Source: an uncultured delta proteobacterium (GTDB taxonomy: Bacteria > Desulfobacterota > Zymogenia > Zymogenales > Zymogenaceae). From it: a stretch of 64,000 nt of DNA. Shown piece by piece: positions 48,872-59,505 of this stretch. Position 1 is the first letter of the stretch. The number at the start of each line of letters is the position of its first letter. The position numbers and the translations under genes are program-made. The notes below the pieces were generated by a model that was not told the DNA's origin, did not search any database, and worked only from the letters and a program-made list of their open reading frames with translations. The stretch covers positions 32,001-96,000 of the forward strand of contig CAWBYW010000013.1 of NCBI GenBank assembly GCA_963792965.1. The letters run 5' to 3'.

Positions 48872-49944
48872 TCACATCCACTTCTTCCGCTTGAAATAGA
48901 GCAGCATGAACAGGAACACGACGAGCATGATCCCCAGCACGGCCGGGTATCCCCACGGCTTTGAGAGCTCGGGCATGTTGTGGAAGTTCATGCCGTAGAC
49001 GCCGGCGATGAACGACAGCGGTATGAATATCGTCGTGATGATGGTGAGCACCTTCATGATCTCGTTCATCCGGTTTGATCACGTTGGTCAGGTAGATATC
49101 GAGCATCCCCGAGAGCATGTCCCGGATGGTCTCCACCGAATCGATGAGGCGGATCGTATGGTCATAGACGTCGCGGAGGTAGACGATGGTCGTCTTCTGG
49201 ATGAGGGCCGATTCGCCGCGCTCCAAGAAACCCGATCATCTCGCGCAGAGGCCAGATCGACTTCCTCAGCATGATCGTCTCCATCTTGGTGTCGTGGATG
49301 ACCCTCAGGTTTTCCGGCGAGGGATCGCTGACGACCTTGTCCTCCAAAAACTCGATCATATCCTCGAAGCGCTCTATCACCTGAAAATAGCCGTCGACGA
49401 TCGCATCGATGAGGGCGTACGTCAGGAAATCGGCGCCCGATTTCCTGATAATGCCCCGGTTATTCCTGATCCGCTCCCTGATCCCGTCGAAGACATCCCT
49501 GCCGTTTTCCTGAAACGAGATGACATACGTCTTGCCGAGGATAATGCTGACCTGCTCCTCGACGATCTCGTCTTTCTTTTCGTCCTCGTAGACCATCTTC
49601 AGGACGATATAGAGGTAGGTCTCGTAGTCCTCGACCTTCGGCCGCTGGGTCGCGTTCATGATGTCTTCCATGACCAGGGGGTGCAGGTCAAACGAGGTCC
49701 CGAGCTTCTCGAGGAGCTCCGTCTCATGGATGCCGGAGACGTTGATCCAGGTGACCGTGTCGGCCTTGCCGTGAACGACGCAGTCGTCAAGGGACGCATC
49801 CTTTATCTCGCGGAACTCTTTTTCGTCAAAGTCGAAAATTGAAATCCGTGATTTAAGGGCGAGCTCCTCGCCGATGTGGACGAGCGTACCCGGGGGGAGG
49901 CCCGCCTTGAGGGAGACCTTTTTTACGATCCGTGGCATGCGCAC
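48872..49944 (-). CDS. corA: Magnesium/cobalt transporter CorA (two frameshifts, near 49225 and 49075)
   Basis: GLPPGTL, LHPLVMEDI, QRPKVE, YLRDVYDH, MNEIMKVLT, YGMNF, MPEL spread over three frames. Confidence 0.92.
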
Positions 49945-50087
49945 CTCGCTCTCAATCGGTAAAGACTTTCATTGGACACTCCCGGACGCAAGATGGTGAT
50001 AACTTTTCCGGCGATTATATCACGTCGTTTATGCTGCACGGCAACTATTTATTGCGGCAAAAAAGTTGACCACGCGTACAATTTGAC

Positions 50088-50135
50088 TTGACAAACAGGG
50101 GCTAATACCCTAAAGTTTTGATTGACAAGTCAATC
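50088..50135 (+). promoter_or_regulatory. Sigma70 promoter plus palindromic operator
   Basis: TTGACA-17 bp-TAAAGT, then GATTGAC-aa-GTCAATC (50120-50135). Confidence 0.65.
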
Positions 50136-50188
50136 TATACGTTCCTCTCTATCGAATCATACCGTTTTTTAAAGAGACGGCGCTGATT

Positions 50189-50842
50189 ATGACGCAAAAA
50201 AAGAATAATTCAAGTCAACAGGATACTATCCTCGAATCTCCCGAAAAGACGAGCCTCATCCTCGACGCGGCAGTCAAGGTCTTTGCCGATAAGGGATACT
50301 ACGGCGCCCGCGTGTCGGATATCGCCCAGGAAGCGGGGATAGCCTACGGGCTCGTGTACCACTACTTCAAGAACAAGGAGGATCTCCTCATCTCGATCTT
50401 CCGGACACGGTGGAGCGAGTTCGACCATGCCGTCCGGACAATCATGAGTGAGAAAGAAGATCCGCGGGAGATGATCCACTCCATCATCTCGTTTCTCTTC
50501 CATTCCTATAAGAACAACCCGAAGATGATCGAGGTAATGATCCTGGATGTGGCAAAGAGCGCCCGGTTCTTCAACGGCGACAATATCAAGCAGTTTACGG
50601 ATGTCTTCACGTTGATCTCGGAGATCGTGCGCCGGGGACAGGAGCGTGGGGTCTTCAGGAAAGGCCTCGACCCGAAGCTGGCCGCCTATTCGATGTACGG
50701 CACGGTGGAGCGGATCATGCTCTGGTGGATATTGGAGGGTAAGAAGGCGATCACCGATCAGGAGGCGCGGTCGACAACCGAGATGGTGGCCACCATTCTC
50801 CTTTCCGGACTCGAACAAAAAGATACCGATAGAAATATATAG
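50189..50842 (+). CDS. TetR/AcrR (FadR-like) transcriptional regulator
   Basis: ILDAAVKVFADKGYYGARVSDIAQEAGIAYGLVYHYFKNKEDLL. Confidence 0.92.
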   Translation: MTQKKNNSSQQDTILESPEKTSLILDAAVKVFADKGYYGARVSDIAQEAGIAYGLVYHYFKNKEDLLISIFRTRWSEFDHAVRTIMSEKEDPREMIHSIISFLFHSYKNNPKMIEVMILDVAKSARFFNGDNIKQFTDVFTLISEIVRRGQERGVFRKGLDPKLAAYSMYGTVERIMLWWILEGKKAITDQEARSTTEMVATILLSGLEQKDTDRNI

Positions 50843-50853
50843 AGGAGGGTTTC

Positions 50854-52002
50854 ATGGATTTCGCTTTTACGGACGAACAGCTTGCCTTCAGGGACCAGGT
50901 CATCAAATTCTCCCAGAAGGAGATCGCCCCGCTGGCGGAGGAGTATGACTACAAGGGCGAGTGGTGCTGGGAATCGTGGAAAAAGATGGGCGAATTCGGG
51001 CTGTTGGGGCTTCACTTCCCCGAGGAATACGGCGGCTCCGGGGCCGACGTGGTCACCGCGTGCCTGGCGGGCGAGGCGCTGGCCGAGGGCGGCGCCGACG
51101 GCGGCCTGACCCTCTCCTGGGGCGCCCATACGTACCTGTCGGCCGACACCATCTACCGACACGGCAACGAGGAGCAGAAAAAGAAGTACGTCCCCAAGAT
51201 GGCGACCGGGGAGTGGGTGGGATGCATGGCGCTTACCGAGCCCAACGCCGGATCGGACGCCGCCTCCATCACCACGACGGCCGTCAAGAAGGGTGACCGG
51301 TGGATCCTCAACGGCACGAAGATGTTTATCACCAACGGCCCCATCGCCGACGTCTGCGTGTGCTACGCCGTCACGGACAAGGAAAAGAAGCACATGGGGA
51401 TCTCGGGCTTCATCGTCGAGAAGGGCTTCAAGGGTTTTTCCGTGAGCAAGACCCTCAAGAAGATGGGAGTGAAGACCTCAACCACGGCCGAGCTGGTCTT
51501 CGAGGACTGCGAGGTGCCGGAGGAAAACCTCCTCGGCACGCTCAACAACGGGTTTCCGATGACGCTGCAGACCCTCGAGTGGGACCGGTCGGCGCTGCTG
51601 GCACCCTTTGTCGGCGGGATGGAGTTCGTGTTGAAACAGACCAGCCAGTACGCCAAGGAGCGCGTCCAGTTCGGCAAGTCGATCAGCCAATTCCAGGCGG
51701 TGCAGAAAAAGCTTGCCGATATCAAGTGTTTCATCGAGGCGGCACGGCTGTTGGTCTACCGCGTGGCATGGAACAAGGATCAGGGCAAGTCCCTCAACCA
51801 TATGGAAGCGGCATGCGCCAAGCTCTGGGTCGGCGACTGGGGCTTGCCGGCCATTTCCGAGGCCGTCCAGGTTCACGGCGGCTACGGCTTCATGCACGAG
51901 TACCCGGTGGAGCGGGTCTTCCGGGACGCGAAGCTTGCGCAGATCGGCGGGGGCACCTCGGAGATCCAGCGCTTCATCATCTCCAGACTCCTGTTGGCAT
52001 AG
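50854..52002 (+). CDS. Acyl-CoA dehydrogenase
   Basis: ALTEPNAGSD, NGTKMFITNG, RVQFGK, QVHGGYG, IGGGTSEIQR. Confidence 0.93.
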   Translation: MDFAFTDEQLAFRDQVIKFSQKEIAPLAEEYDYKGEWCWESWKKMGEFGLLGLHFPEEYGGSGADVVTACLAGEALAEGGADGGLTLSWGAHTYLSADTIYRHGNEEQKKKYVPKMATGEWVGCMALTEPNAGSDAASITTTAVKKGDRWILNGTKMFITNGPIADVCVCYAVTDKEKKHMGISGFIVEKGFKGFSVSKTLKKMGVKTSTTAELVFEDCEVPEENLLGTLNNGFPMTLQTLEWDRSALLAPFVGGMEFVLKQTSQYAKERVQFGKSISQFQAVQKKLADIKCFIEAARLLVYRVAWNKDQGKSLNHMEAACAKLWVGDWGLPAISEAVQVHGGYGFMHEYPVERVFRDAKLAQIGGGTSEIQRFIISRLLLA

Positions 52003-52011
52003 GGGGACGCT

Positions 52012-53178
52012 ATGGACTACTCATTGAACAAAGAACAGTTGGCGCTGCAGGAATCGTTCAGAAAATTCTGCGAAAAAGAGATAAAGCCCAACGCCGATCA
52101 GCTCGATAAAGTCGATTACCAGAGGGCCGTGGATATCCTCAGGAAGAACGCCAAGAAGCTTGCCGAAATCGGCTACACGGGGCTCTTCCACGAGGAGAAA
52201 TACGGCGGGACGGGAAAGGACCTTCTTACCCAGTGCATCGCCCAGGAAGAGCTCGCAAAGGCCTGCGCCGCGACGTACCTCTCCGTGGGCGCCAGCGTCG
52301 GACTCTGCGGCATACCCATCGCCCTGTTCGGAAGCGAGGAACAAAAGAAGAAATACCTCCCGAAGCTGATCACGACGGAATGGATCGGCTCTTTCGGCCT
52401 GACGGAGCCTGATGCGGGATCGGATGCCATCAGCATCAAGACCACGGCCGTCAAGAAGGGGAAGAACTGGGTGATCAACGGCACCAAGACCTTCATCACC
52501 AACGGCCCCATCGCCGATGTCGTCGTCGTCATGGCGCGGACGGGGGAGGCCGAGCTCAAGGGCCGAAACGTCAGCTCGTTTATCGTGGATAAGGGGACGA
52601 AGGGCTTCTCGACGGGAAAGCCGATGGACAAGATGGGCTACAGGGGCTCGCCGACCTCGGAACTAATATTTGAGGAGTGCGAGATCCCGGGCGAAAACCT
52701 CCTCGGCGAGCTTGACCAGGGCTTCATCCAGGCCATGAAAACCCTCGAGTACGGAAGGATCGGGATGGCGATGGTCTGCCTGGGCGTCTCCATGGCCTGC
52801 ATGGAGGAGGCGATGAAGTACGCCAAGGAGCGCAGCCAGTTCGGCCGCCCCATCAGCAAGTTTCAGCTGGTCAGCTTCAAGATCGCCGATATGAAGGTCC
52901 TCACCGATGTCTCGCGCCTGTTGATCTACAAGGCGGCGTGGCTCAAGGAGCTCGGCGATCCGAATGCGGCGAACGCGGCCTCCATCGCGAAGCTCGTGGC
53001 CTCGGAGGCCTCGACCCAGATCTCGAGCTGGGCGGTGCAAATCCACGGCGGTTACGGCTACATGAAGGAGTACCCGGTCGAGCGGCTTTACCGCGACGCG
53101 AAGCTCGGCGAGATCGGCGAGGGGACCTCCGAGATCCAGCGCATCCTGATCGCGCGGGACGTCCTGGCAAAGTATTAG
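52012..53178 (+). CDS. Acyl-CoA dehydrogenase
   Basis: GLTEPDAGSD, NGTKTFITNG, KMGYRGSPT, QIHGGYG, IGEGTSEIQR. Confidence 0.93.
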   Translation: MDYSLNKEQLALQESFRKFCEKEIKPNADQLDKVDYQRAVDILRKNAKKLAEIGYTGLFHEEKYGGTGKDLLTQCIAQEELAKACAATYLSVGASVGLCGIPIALFGSEEQKKKYLPKLITTEWIGSFGLTEPDAGSDAISIKTTAVKKGKNWVINGTKTFITNGPIADVVVVMARTGEAELKGRNVSSFIVDKGTKGFSTGKPMDKMGYRGSPTSELIFEECEIPGENLLGELDQGFIQAMKTLEYGRIGMAMVCLGVSMACMEEAMKYAKERSQFGRPISKFQLVSFKIADMKVLTDVSRLLIYKAAWLKELGDPNAANAASIAKLVASEASTQISSWAVQIHGGYGYMKEYPVERLYRDAKLGEIGEGTSEIQRILIARDVLAKY

Positions 53179-53226
53179 CGGACAAAGCATCCGGGACTAT
53201 CTTACACGTATCTTCAGAAAAAGCAC

Positions 53227-53255
53227 AAAAGGCGGGGAACACCCCGCCTTTTTTT
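53227..53255 (+). terminator. Intrinsic terminator
   Basis: AAAAGGCGGGG-aaca-CCCCGCCTTTTTTT. Confidence 0.88.
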
Positions 53256-53428
53256 CAGATCCTATCGACCTCACATGGGCTAAACCCCGGCAGGGCCCCA
53301 ATTAAATAGAAAAGTTTCATCGTAAGTGTAGCAAAGTTGTTGTTTTTGTTAAATCTTTCAATCTTTTTATTTGAAATATCGCCCTCTATCCGTTAGACTT
53401 GAATAAGTACTTTTAGCGAGCTAAGGTC

Positions 53429-53984
53429 ATGAAAGAAAAAGGGATCGTCAGGCGATTTGTCTTCCCCCTCGTTTTGGTCGTCGGGATCATGGTGATAGCG
53501 AGCCTCATCTTCCACGGGGCACGGCGCCTTGACCCGGGAGCCGTGCGCACGGTCCTCACGTGGACGTTCGGCACGGTCATGTTTCTCTCGATTTGGTTCT
53601 TCGGCTTCGTGGGCCCGCCCATCGCCTACTTTAAGGGGGCGCGGTTCATCGAGCGGCTTATCATCGCGTTCGCCAACCCGATTATCTGGGTGGTGCGGAT
53701 GATGGCCAAGGTGTCGTGCCAGTTCAGCGCGGTAGAGCTCGTATACTTCTTCTTCCTCCCCTGGACCTTCGGGATCATGTGCGTGACGCTCTTCGAGTTC
53801 TCGGTATCGGACCTCGTCTCGCGGGCCGTGGACAAGAAGAGGGGAGGGGACGTCAGGGTCTTTTCGCCGATCGTCGTGGTCGCTGCTTATCGGCGGGCTC
53901 TTAGGCACCTACTTCGGCCTCATCCGGGGCCAGGAGTGGGTCTACATGATTGTCCATAATTATGCCCAACACTTTGTGAAATAG
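53429..53984 (+). CDS. Hypothetical membrane protein (one frameshift near 53880)
   Basis: Several TM helices; the shifted frame continues LLIGGLLGTYFGLIRGQEWVYMIVHNYAQHFVK*. Confidence 0.65.
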
Positions 53985-53998
53985 TCGGGAGTAGTACG

Positions 53999-55447
53999 AT
54001 GAGCGATAAGAAAAACAAGGACGGCGTCAAGAAAGGATTGTCACGTCGCGACGCCCTCAAGGCGCTCGGCGGCGCGGCGGCGGCCCTCGGGATTGGGGGC
54101 GGACTCGCGTTTCCGGATCGTCTCTTTGCCGGGACCCCGACAAAGCGCCCCAACATCCTGTTCGTCCTGACCGACGACCACCGCTGGGACTGCATGGGCG
54201 TCATGGGTCACCCTTTCGTGAAGACGCCGAACATGGACCGGATCGCGCACGAAGGCATCCTGTTTGAGAACGCCTTCGTAACGACCTCGCTGTGCAGCCC
54301 ATCCCGCGCCTCGTTTCTGACGGGGCAGTACGCCTCCGTTCACGGCGTGATCAACAACTTCACCCCGTGGAACGAGACGAGGAACATCACGTTCCTTCAG
54401 CATCTCAAGGAGGTGGGGTATGACACCGCGTTCATCGGCAAGTGGCACATGCCGGGAGGAAAGCTCCCCAAGCTGCCGGGGGTTGATCTCTTTATCTCAT
54501 TCACGATAAAAGACGGCCAGGGCGACTACTACAATTGCCCTATGTATAAGAACGGGGAGCTCGTCACGGAAAAACGAAACCCCTACATCACCGAGGACCT
54601 GACCGACTACGCCCTCGAATATATCGACAAAGAGCGGCAAAATCCCTTTGTCCTGTACCTCTCACACAAGGCAGTCCATCATGACTGGCGGCCGCCCAAG
54701 CATCTGGCCGGGATGTACAAGGACGCAGACCTTTCGTTCTTGGCGCCCGAGTCGGACACCTTCGACACATGGACGGGCAACAACTGGCTCGAGGGCACGA
54801 TGGGCCTCATGCACCCGGTCTACAAGCGCTACTGCGAGTGTATCACCTCTGTGGACGAACAACTCGGCCGTGTCCTTGAACTGCTTGAGAAGAAGGGTAT
54901 CCTCGACGACACCGTCATCGTCTATTGCGGCGACAACGGCTACATCTGGGGAGAACACCGGCTCTACGCCAAACACTGGCCCTATGAGGAGTCTATCCGC
55001 ATCCCCTACCTTGTCCGTTACGGTCGTCTCATCCCCGACCCCGGCAGGCGAGCCGATCAGATGATCCTCAATATAGACCTTGCCCCGACGCTCCTTACGC
55101 TTGCGGGGGCAAAGATCCCCGCCCAAATGCAGGGCGACAGCTTTGTGCCGATCATGGAATCGGCCGCAGCGCCGGCGAGAGACTCGTGGGTCTACGAGCT
55201 CTTCAACGACTTCCCCTTCGGGGGGAGAGTCCCACCCCACAAGGCGTTGAGAACCAAGCGCTACAAATATATCGAGTGGGAGGTCTGCCGCGACCCCGAG
55301 CTCTACGACCTGAAAACCGACCCCCGCGAGATGAAGAACCTCGTGGGAAGCCCAGAGGGAGACGCTTTGGCCGTGAAACTCAGCGAAGAGCTGAGCATGT
55401 TGAAAAGGAAATATAAGATTATAACCTCAGAGGACGGCCATGTTTGA
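53999..55447 (+). CDS. Tat-exported formylglycine-dependent sulfatase
   Basis: SRRDALK Tat motif, PNILFVLTDD, CSPSR, GKWH, GDNG, ELYDL. Confidence 0.92.
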   Translation: MSDKKNKDGVKKGLSRRDALKALGGAAAALGIGGGLAFPDRLFAGTPTKRPNILFVLTDDHRWDCMGVMGHPFVKTPNMDRIAHEGILFENAFVTTSLCSPSRASFLTGQYASVHGVINNFTPWNETRNITFLQHLKEVGYDTAFIGKWHMPGGKLPKLPGVDLFISFTIKDGQGDYYNCPMYKNGELVTEKRNPYITEDLTDYALEYIDKERQNPFVLYLSHKAVHHDWRPPKHLAGMYKDADLSFLAPESDTFDTWTGNNWLEGTMGLMHPVYKRYCECITSVDEQLGRVLELLEKKGILDDTVIVYCGDNGYIWGEHRLYAKHWPYEESIRIPYLVRYGRLIPDPGRRADQMILNIDLAPTLLTLAGAKIPAQMQGDSFVPIMESAAAPARDSWVYELFNDFPFGGRVPPHKALRTKRYKYIEWEVCRDPELYDLKTDPREMKNLVGSPEGDALAVKLSEELSMLKRKYKIITSEDGHV

Positions 55448-56069
55448 GTCGAGAAAGATACCCAATCAATTTCTCCACTTTACGCTGAGGGCGATAGATG
55501 AGATCATAGGGAACCAACGGTCTGAACTCGATCCTGAATCTGACGGGGCTTACAAAATACAAGGGGAACTTTCCCCCGAACAACGAAGATCTCGGCGCGG
55601 ACGCCGATCGACGTCGGTAGGCTCGTTAAGGGGACGATCGATCTCATCGGAATAAACGGCGTCAAGGCGATCCTGAAGAATGCGGGGCGCAGGGGCTACC
55701 GCATGTCGCTGGACGAAAACCCGGAGCTGATGGAGGCACTCGGAAACGAGCTGAAGAAGCTTCCCACCGATCGCGACAGGATCGCCTCGCTGATGGGGGC
55801 GATCACCTACGACGCGAATCGGATCTTCGGGGAGAAGCACCAGGAGCTGATCCCACAAAACGACGGCTTCGAGGTACGGATCCGGGAGTGCGAGTGGTGC
55901 TGGGGCATACGAAGGCGCGGGATCTCCGGTCTGTTTTGCGGAGCTCGGGCTCGAGGAGGAGGCGATACTCTGGGCGACGGGGAAGCACTACGACATCACC
56001 GAGACCCAGTGCCGCGCCCAGGGCGCGGATCTCTGTATCTTCCACATCTCGGGCACTCCGCGGGAATAA
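55440..56069 (+). CDS. V4R (4-vinyl reductase-like) domain protein; several frameshifts
   Basis: Pieced reading: IPNQF..LRAIDEIIG / NGLNSILNLTGL..Y..NFPPNN / ...CEWCWG / PVCF...ETQCRAQGADLCIFHI*. Confidence 0.7.
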
Positions 56070-56330
56070 CCGTCTACCATCCCGACGCTTCGTGTGCCCT
56101 CGGCGACGCGCGGGGGGATCATCTTAACTTTTCCTTTTTCGACCCGACAGGAGTGGACATCGGCACGGGTTATGTTGTCGGGCGCACCGAATGAAATCGG
56201 GCCGGAGGTCTCGCGACTCCGGCCCATTGTCTTCTCATTTCCTCTCTTGACCCCACCTATCACAGTTTGCACGAATCTGTCTCCGGATAGGCAGAGCCGG
56301 CGGGGGAACTGATGGCGCCGATGAGGTCGA

Positions 56331-57557
56331 TCACGAGTCGAAATACATCATCGTGGCGTCGTGGAGCACGGCCACCTTCGTCCCCTTGCCGAGTTTATCT
56401 TTAAGAAGGGGCAGCGTCTGATCCCAGCTCCTCGTAAAGGTGATCGCCTCGGGGTTCCTTACCCAGTCGCCGAAGTTTCTCTCGGGATGGGGCGCGACGA
56501 TGATCACGTTGAGCGACGGCGGGACCATCCCCACCGGGTACTGTCGGCCGCCGTGATTTCTCCCGAAGCTCCTCAGCAGGTAATGGGTAACCTGTCCGTC
56601 GGGTGCGTTGGCAAATATCACCACCGTCCCCGAGAAGCTCTCAAGCGCAAGCCCCCCGCAGAGGATGGCGATGGCCATCTCGTTGGCCTTGGCAAAGGCG
56701 TTGCAGATGACAAGGTTATTGCCCTTCGGACGGGGGTCCGCTGCGTAGACGTCCTTGGCAAGCTTTACCGCCTCTTTATACTGCTCGACGAAGTCCCCGG
56801 CGAAGAGCCCCGTTGTCGCCCCTCGGTCGTTGACGATCACGTCGATCTTGAAATCAAGCCCGGCCATTCGCGCCGCCTCCTCGATGTTGAGGCGCATGAT
56901 GTTCTTGTCGTAGTTACCGAGCCCGCAGCTGGCGGGGTCCTGGGCGTAGACCTCGATGTGGTAGTGGGAAGAGCTATCGTAGTGGGCGACGCCGGGGAGG
57001 ACGATCTTTCCCCCGCCGGAAAAACCGGTCTGGGGATGGGCCGTCACGCAGCCGATCCCGATCTTGACGTCGGCCTGCATCACTTCCTTGTTCACCATCA
57101 CCTTCGTGCCCTTGGTCGTGGTGCCGACGTAGTCGCAGTGCTCATAGGGGTTATGGTTGAAAACGCGGAATTTCTCCAGGATGTCGTCCCCGAGCTTCTT
57201 TCTGAACTCGTGGTTGGTGTGGGCCCCGTGGTTGCCGAGGGCGCAGACGAACGTGATGTCGTCTTCCTTGATCCCGCCCGCGACGAGCTCACGAATCACG
57301 ATCGGAGCGATCTCCGAGATGCGGGTGGGGCGGGTGATGTCGTCGAAGATGATGACGGCGCTCTTCTTTCCCCTGGCGATCTGAGACAGGGGAGGGGAGC
57401 CGATCGGGTTTTTGATCGCGGTCTCCATCTCTTTGGCCGTCAGCGGTTTTCGCTTGGCTCCTCGCATGGGACAGAGGGTCACCTCCCACTCGTCGGGGAG
57501 ATTGATGGTTGTGGTCGTGTTGCCGTACCAGATAAGCTCGGGGAGCTCTACTTTCAT
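56331..57557 (-). CDS. Lactate racemase LarA-family (DUF2088) protein
   Basis: IFDDITRPT, ALGNH, HPQTGFSGGGKIVLPG. Confidence 0.85.
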   Translation of the reverse strand: MKVELPELIWYGNTTTTINLPDEWEVTLCPMRGAKRKPLTAKEMETAIKNPIGSPPLSQIARGKKSAVIIFDDITRPTRISEIAPIVIRELVAGGIKEDDITFVCALGNHGAHTNHEFRKKLGDDILEKFRVFNHNPYEHCDYVGTTTKGTKVMVNKEVMQADVKIGIGCVTAHPQTGFSGGGKIVLPGVAHYDSSSHYHIEVYAQDPASCGLGNYDKNIMRLNIEEAARMAGLDFKIDVIVNDRGATTGLFAGDFVEQYKEAVKLAKDVYAADPRPKGNNLVICNAFAKANEMAIAILCGGLALESFSGTVVIFANAPDGQVTHYLLRSFGRNHGGRQYPVGMVPPSLNVIIVAPHPERNFGDWVRNPEAITFTRSWDQTLPLLKDKLGKGTKVAVLHDATMMYFDS

Positions 57558-57779
57558 GGCCTATCCTCCCAAGGGTATATTACCGAGACGGTCGGCCCCG
57601 GGCAACAGGGCGCGGAGAAGAAATAACCCAAGATCCCGCGGGCCGAATTTCCTTGAATCCTTCTCCGCAGTCGTGTAAGGGACGGACTACGTCTTTTCCC
57701 ACTTATATCATACCGGAGGAAGAAAGGCGAGATATTTGATGGGCCGAGGCCCGAATAGAGACCGCGCGGAGTGTCCGAC

Positions 57780-59057
57780 TCACCGGGACCGGGTGGACCT
57801 CAGCCCCCAAGGCATTTTGTGCACCTTTGCCGATATGAACCAGGTGAGAGCGAAACAGAGGAAATAGGCGATCATTGCGCCCTGGGCCGCCCCGACCGCA
57901 CCGTTTCTTGTGACGAGAAGGTAGCTGATGAAGATATTTATGACCGCGACGAATAACGTTATAACAGCCAGGATATAAGTCTTTTGCGCGTAGAGAATAT
58001 AGTTTGCGAACATCGAATACATGCCGTTGAATGCCATGCCGAGGGCGATCCAAAAAACGTATCTGTAGGCCCCGGTAAAATCCTTACCCACGAAGAAGTC
58101 CAGAAACCAGGGGGCAAGCAATGCCAGCATCACGGCACAGAGGGTCACCGCAACCATGTAGAGGTAGGTAATCTTGACGATTCTGCGCTTGAGATAATAG
58201 TCGTCCTTGCCGAGCCGCTCGAACAGCCATGGCATCCAGGCCAGGTTGAAAGAAGACTGCAAGAGGCCGATAACCATCCCGATCTGCACCCCGACGGTGT
58301 AGACGCCGGTGACACTGATGCCGATCAAGTTGGTTATAAGCACCCTGTCCGTCATGCTTATGATCAGAAAACTAATCGCCTGGGGAATGAGGGGAATCCC
58401 GAATTTCAGCGCGTCCCGTATATAGGCGGTGTCAACCTTCCAGCTGAGCCATTTCTCTCTCCACAATATAGCAAAGTTCGCCGCGGCGAATACGACGAAG
58501 GTAACGACCTGGGCCACGATCCGTCCCTGCCACTTCATACCGAGAAAAACGACCAAGGCGATGGAAAGTCCGAGATTGAGCGACGTGTGGCCGATCTGGA
58601 ACAGACTGAAGGGCAGGGGTTTGCCGGCGGCCCGCCACAGCGTAAGGCGAATCTGATAAATATACTGGCAGGATGAGATGACCAAGACGGCCCACAGCCA
58701 GCCCGATGGGATCCCGGAGTAGGTGCTTATCGGGCCGGATAGAAGAAAAAAGAGGAGGCCGACGACGGCCGTGGAGGTAACCAAAATATAGAGACAGTTC
58801 GCGATATATCTCGGCAGGTCGTCGGTAGTCCTTTCGAAATATTGCCTGCCGATCGCCGTATCGACGCTGAGGCCGGTAAACGCCGCCGCAATGGGCGTAA
58901 GGACCCAGAACATGGCAACGATGCCGTAGTCCCTCGGCGTGAGATAGCGCGTGAGGATCGGTACGAGGAGAAAAGGAATTGCGCTGTTGACGAAGTTGCC
59001 CGAGGTATAGACGGAAGCGGTCCGAAACAGCTGAGAATTGACTACTCTCTTTATCAT
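57780..59057 (-). CDS. Wzx-like oligosaccharide flippase
   Basis: FLLVPILTRYLTPRDYG, FGIPL, DRVLI, GVYTVG, GAVGAA; about 12 TM helices. Confidence 0.85.
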   Translation of the reverse strand: MIKRVVNSQLFRTASVYTSGNFVNSAIPFLLVPILTRYLTPRDYGIVAMFWVLTPIAAAFTGLSVDTAIGRQYFERTTDDLPRYIANCLYILVTSTAVVGLLFFLLSGPISTYSGIPSGWLWAVLVISSCQYIYQIRLTLWRAAGKPLPFSLFQIGHTSLNLGLSIALVVFLGMKWQGRIVAQVVTFVVFAAANFAILWREKWLSWKVDTAYIRDALKFGIPLIPQAISFLIISMTDRVLITNLIGISVTGVYTVGVQIGMVIGLLQSSFNLAWMPWLFERLGKDDYYLKRRIVKITYLYMVAVTLCAVMLALLAPWFLDFFVGKDFTGAYRYVFWIALGMAFNGMYSMFANYILYAQKTYILAVITLFVAVINIFISYLLVTRNGAVGAAQGAMIAYFLCFALTWFISAKVHKMPWGLRSTRSR

Positions 59058-59505
59058 GATGGTCGGAGGTAACTGTCGAAGATGTGTTTCGCTTTAAAGA
59101 AGCATAAGGCCGATGTCCGCGCGAGTGTATCACGTCCATATAAAATAGTGCATCAAAAAAACGTCTCACCGAGATAATAATCGGGATATCTGAGCTTCGC
59201 GGAGGAGCCGAGGGGACGCTATCGCCGCAGGTAGGGACACAGAGCCGTGGAGAAAATCGACCGAAAGCCGTTCTCGGTACAGCGGCCGCCATGGCTTTTG
59301 GCGAGCCGCGTTTGGCAGGTGGGGAAGGAACGTACAGGTGGATCCATCTCGGTGGACCGCCTTCGTGAGGACAAAAAGATATCCGTGCTGTATCACATCC
59401 GTGATAAGGCCGCACCTGTCCCATCTCTCAGACCTCGATGAGTCAGGGCGGGTTTCAGTGAGCGAGAAATGGTACCTGGTAAAGAGATGGGATGGGTACC
59501 GCCCG

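Noticed and set aside
48446-48894. ORFs 48446..48745(-) and 48679..48894(+) as proteins
   Set aside because: No RBS or recognisable motifs; they overlap a terminator and a heavily base-paired region.
59220-59230. 11-mer TATCGCCGCAG shared with the candidate RNA loop
   Set aside because: A match this short is expected by chance in GC-rich DNA, and it is in the same orientation rather than complementary.
59429-59482. Hammerhead ribozyme (ctcgatgag...gaaa)
   Set aside because: The CUGANGA core is interrupted and stems II and III do not form properly.
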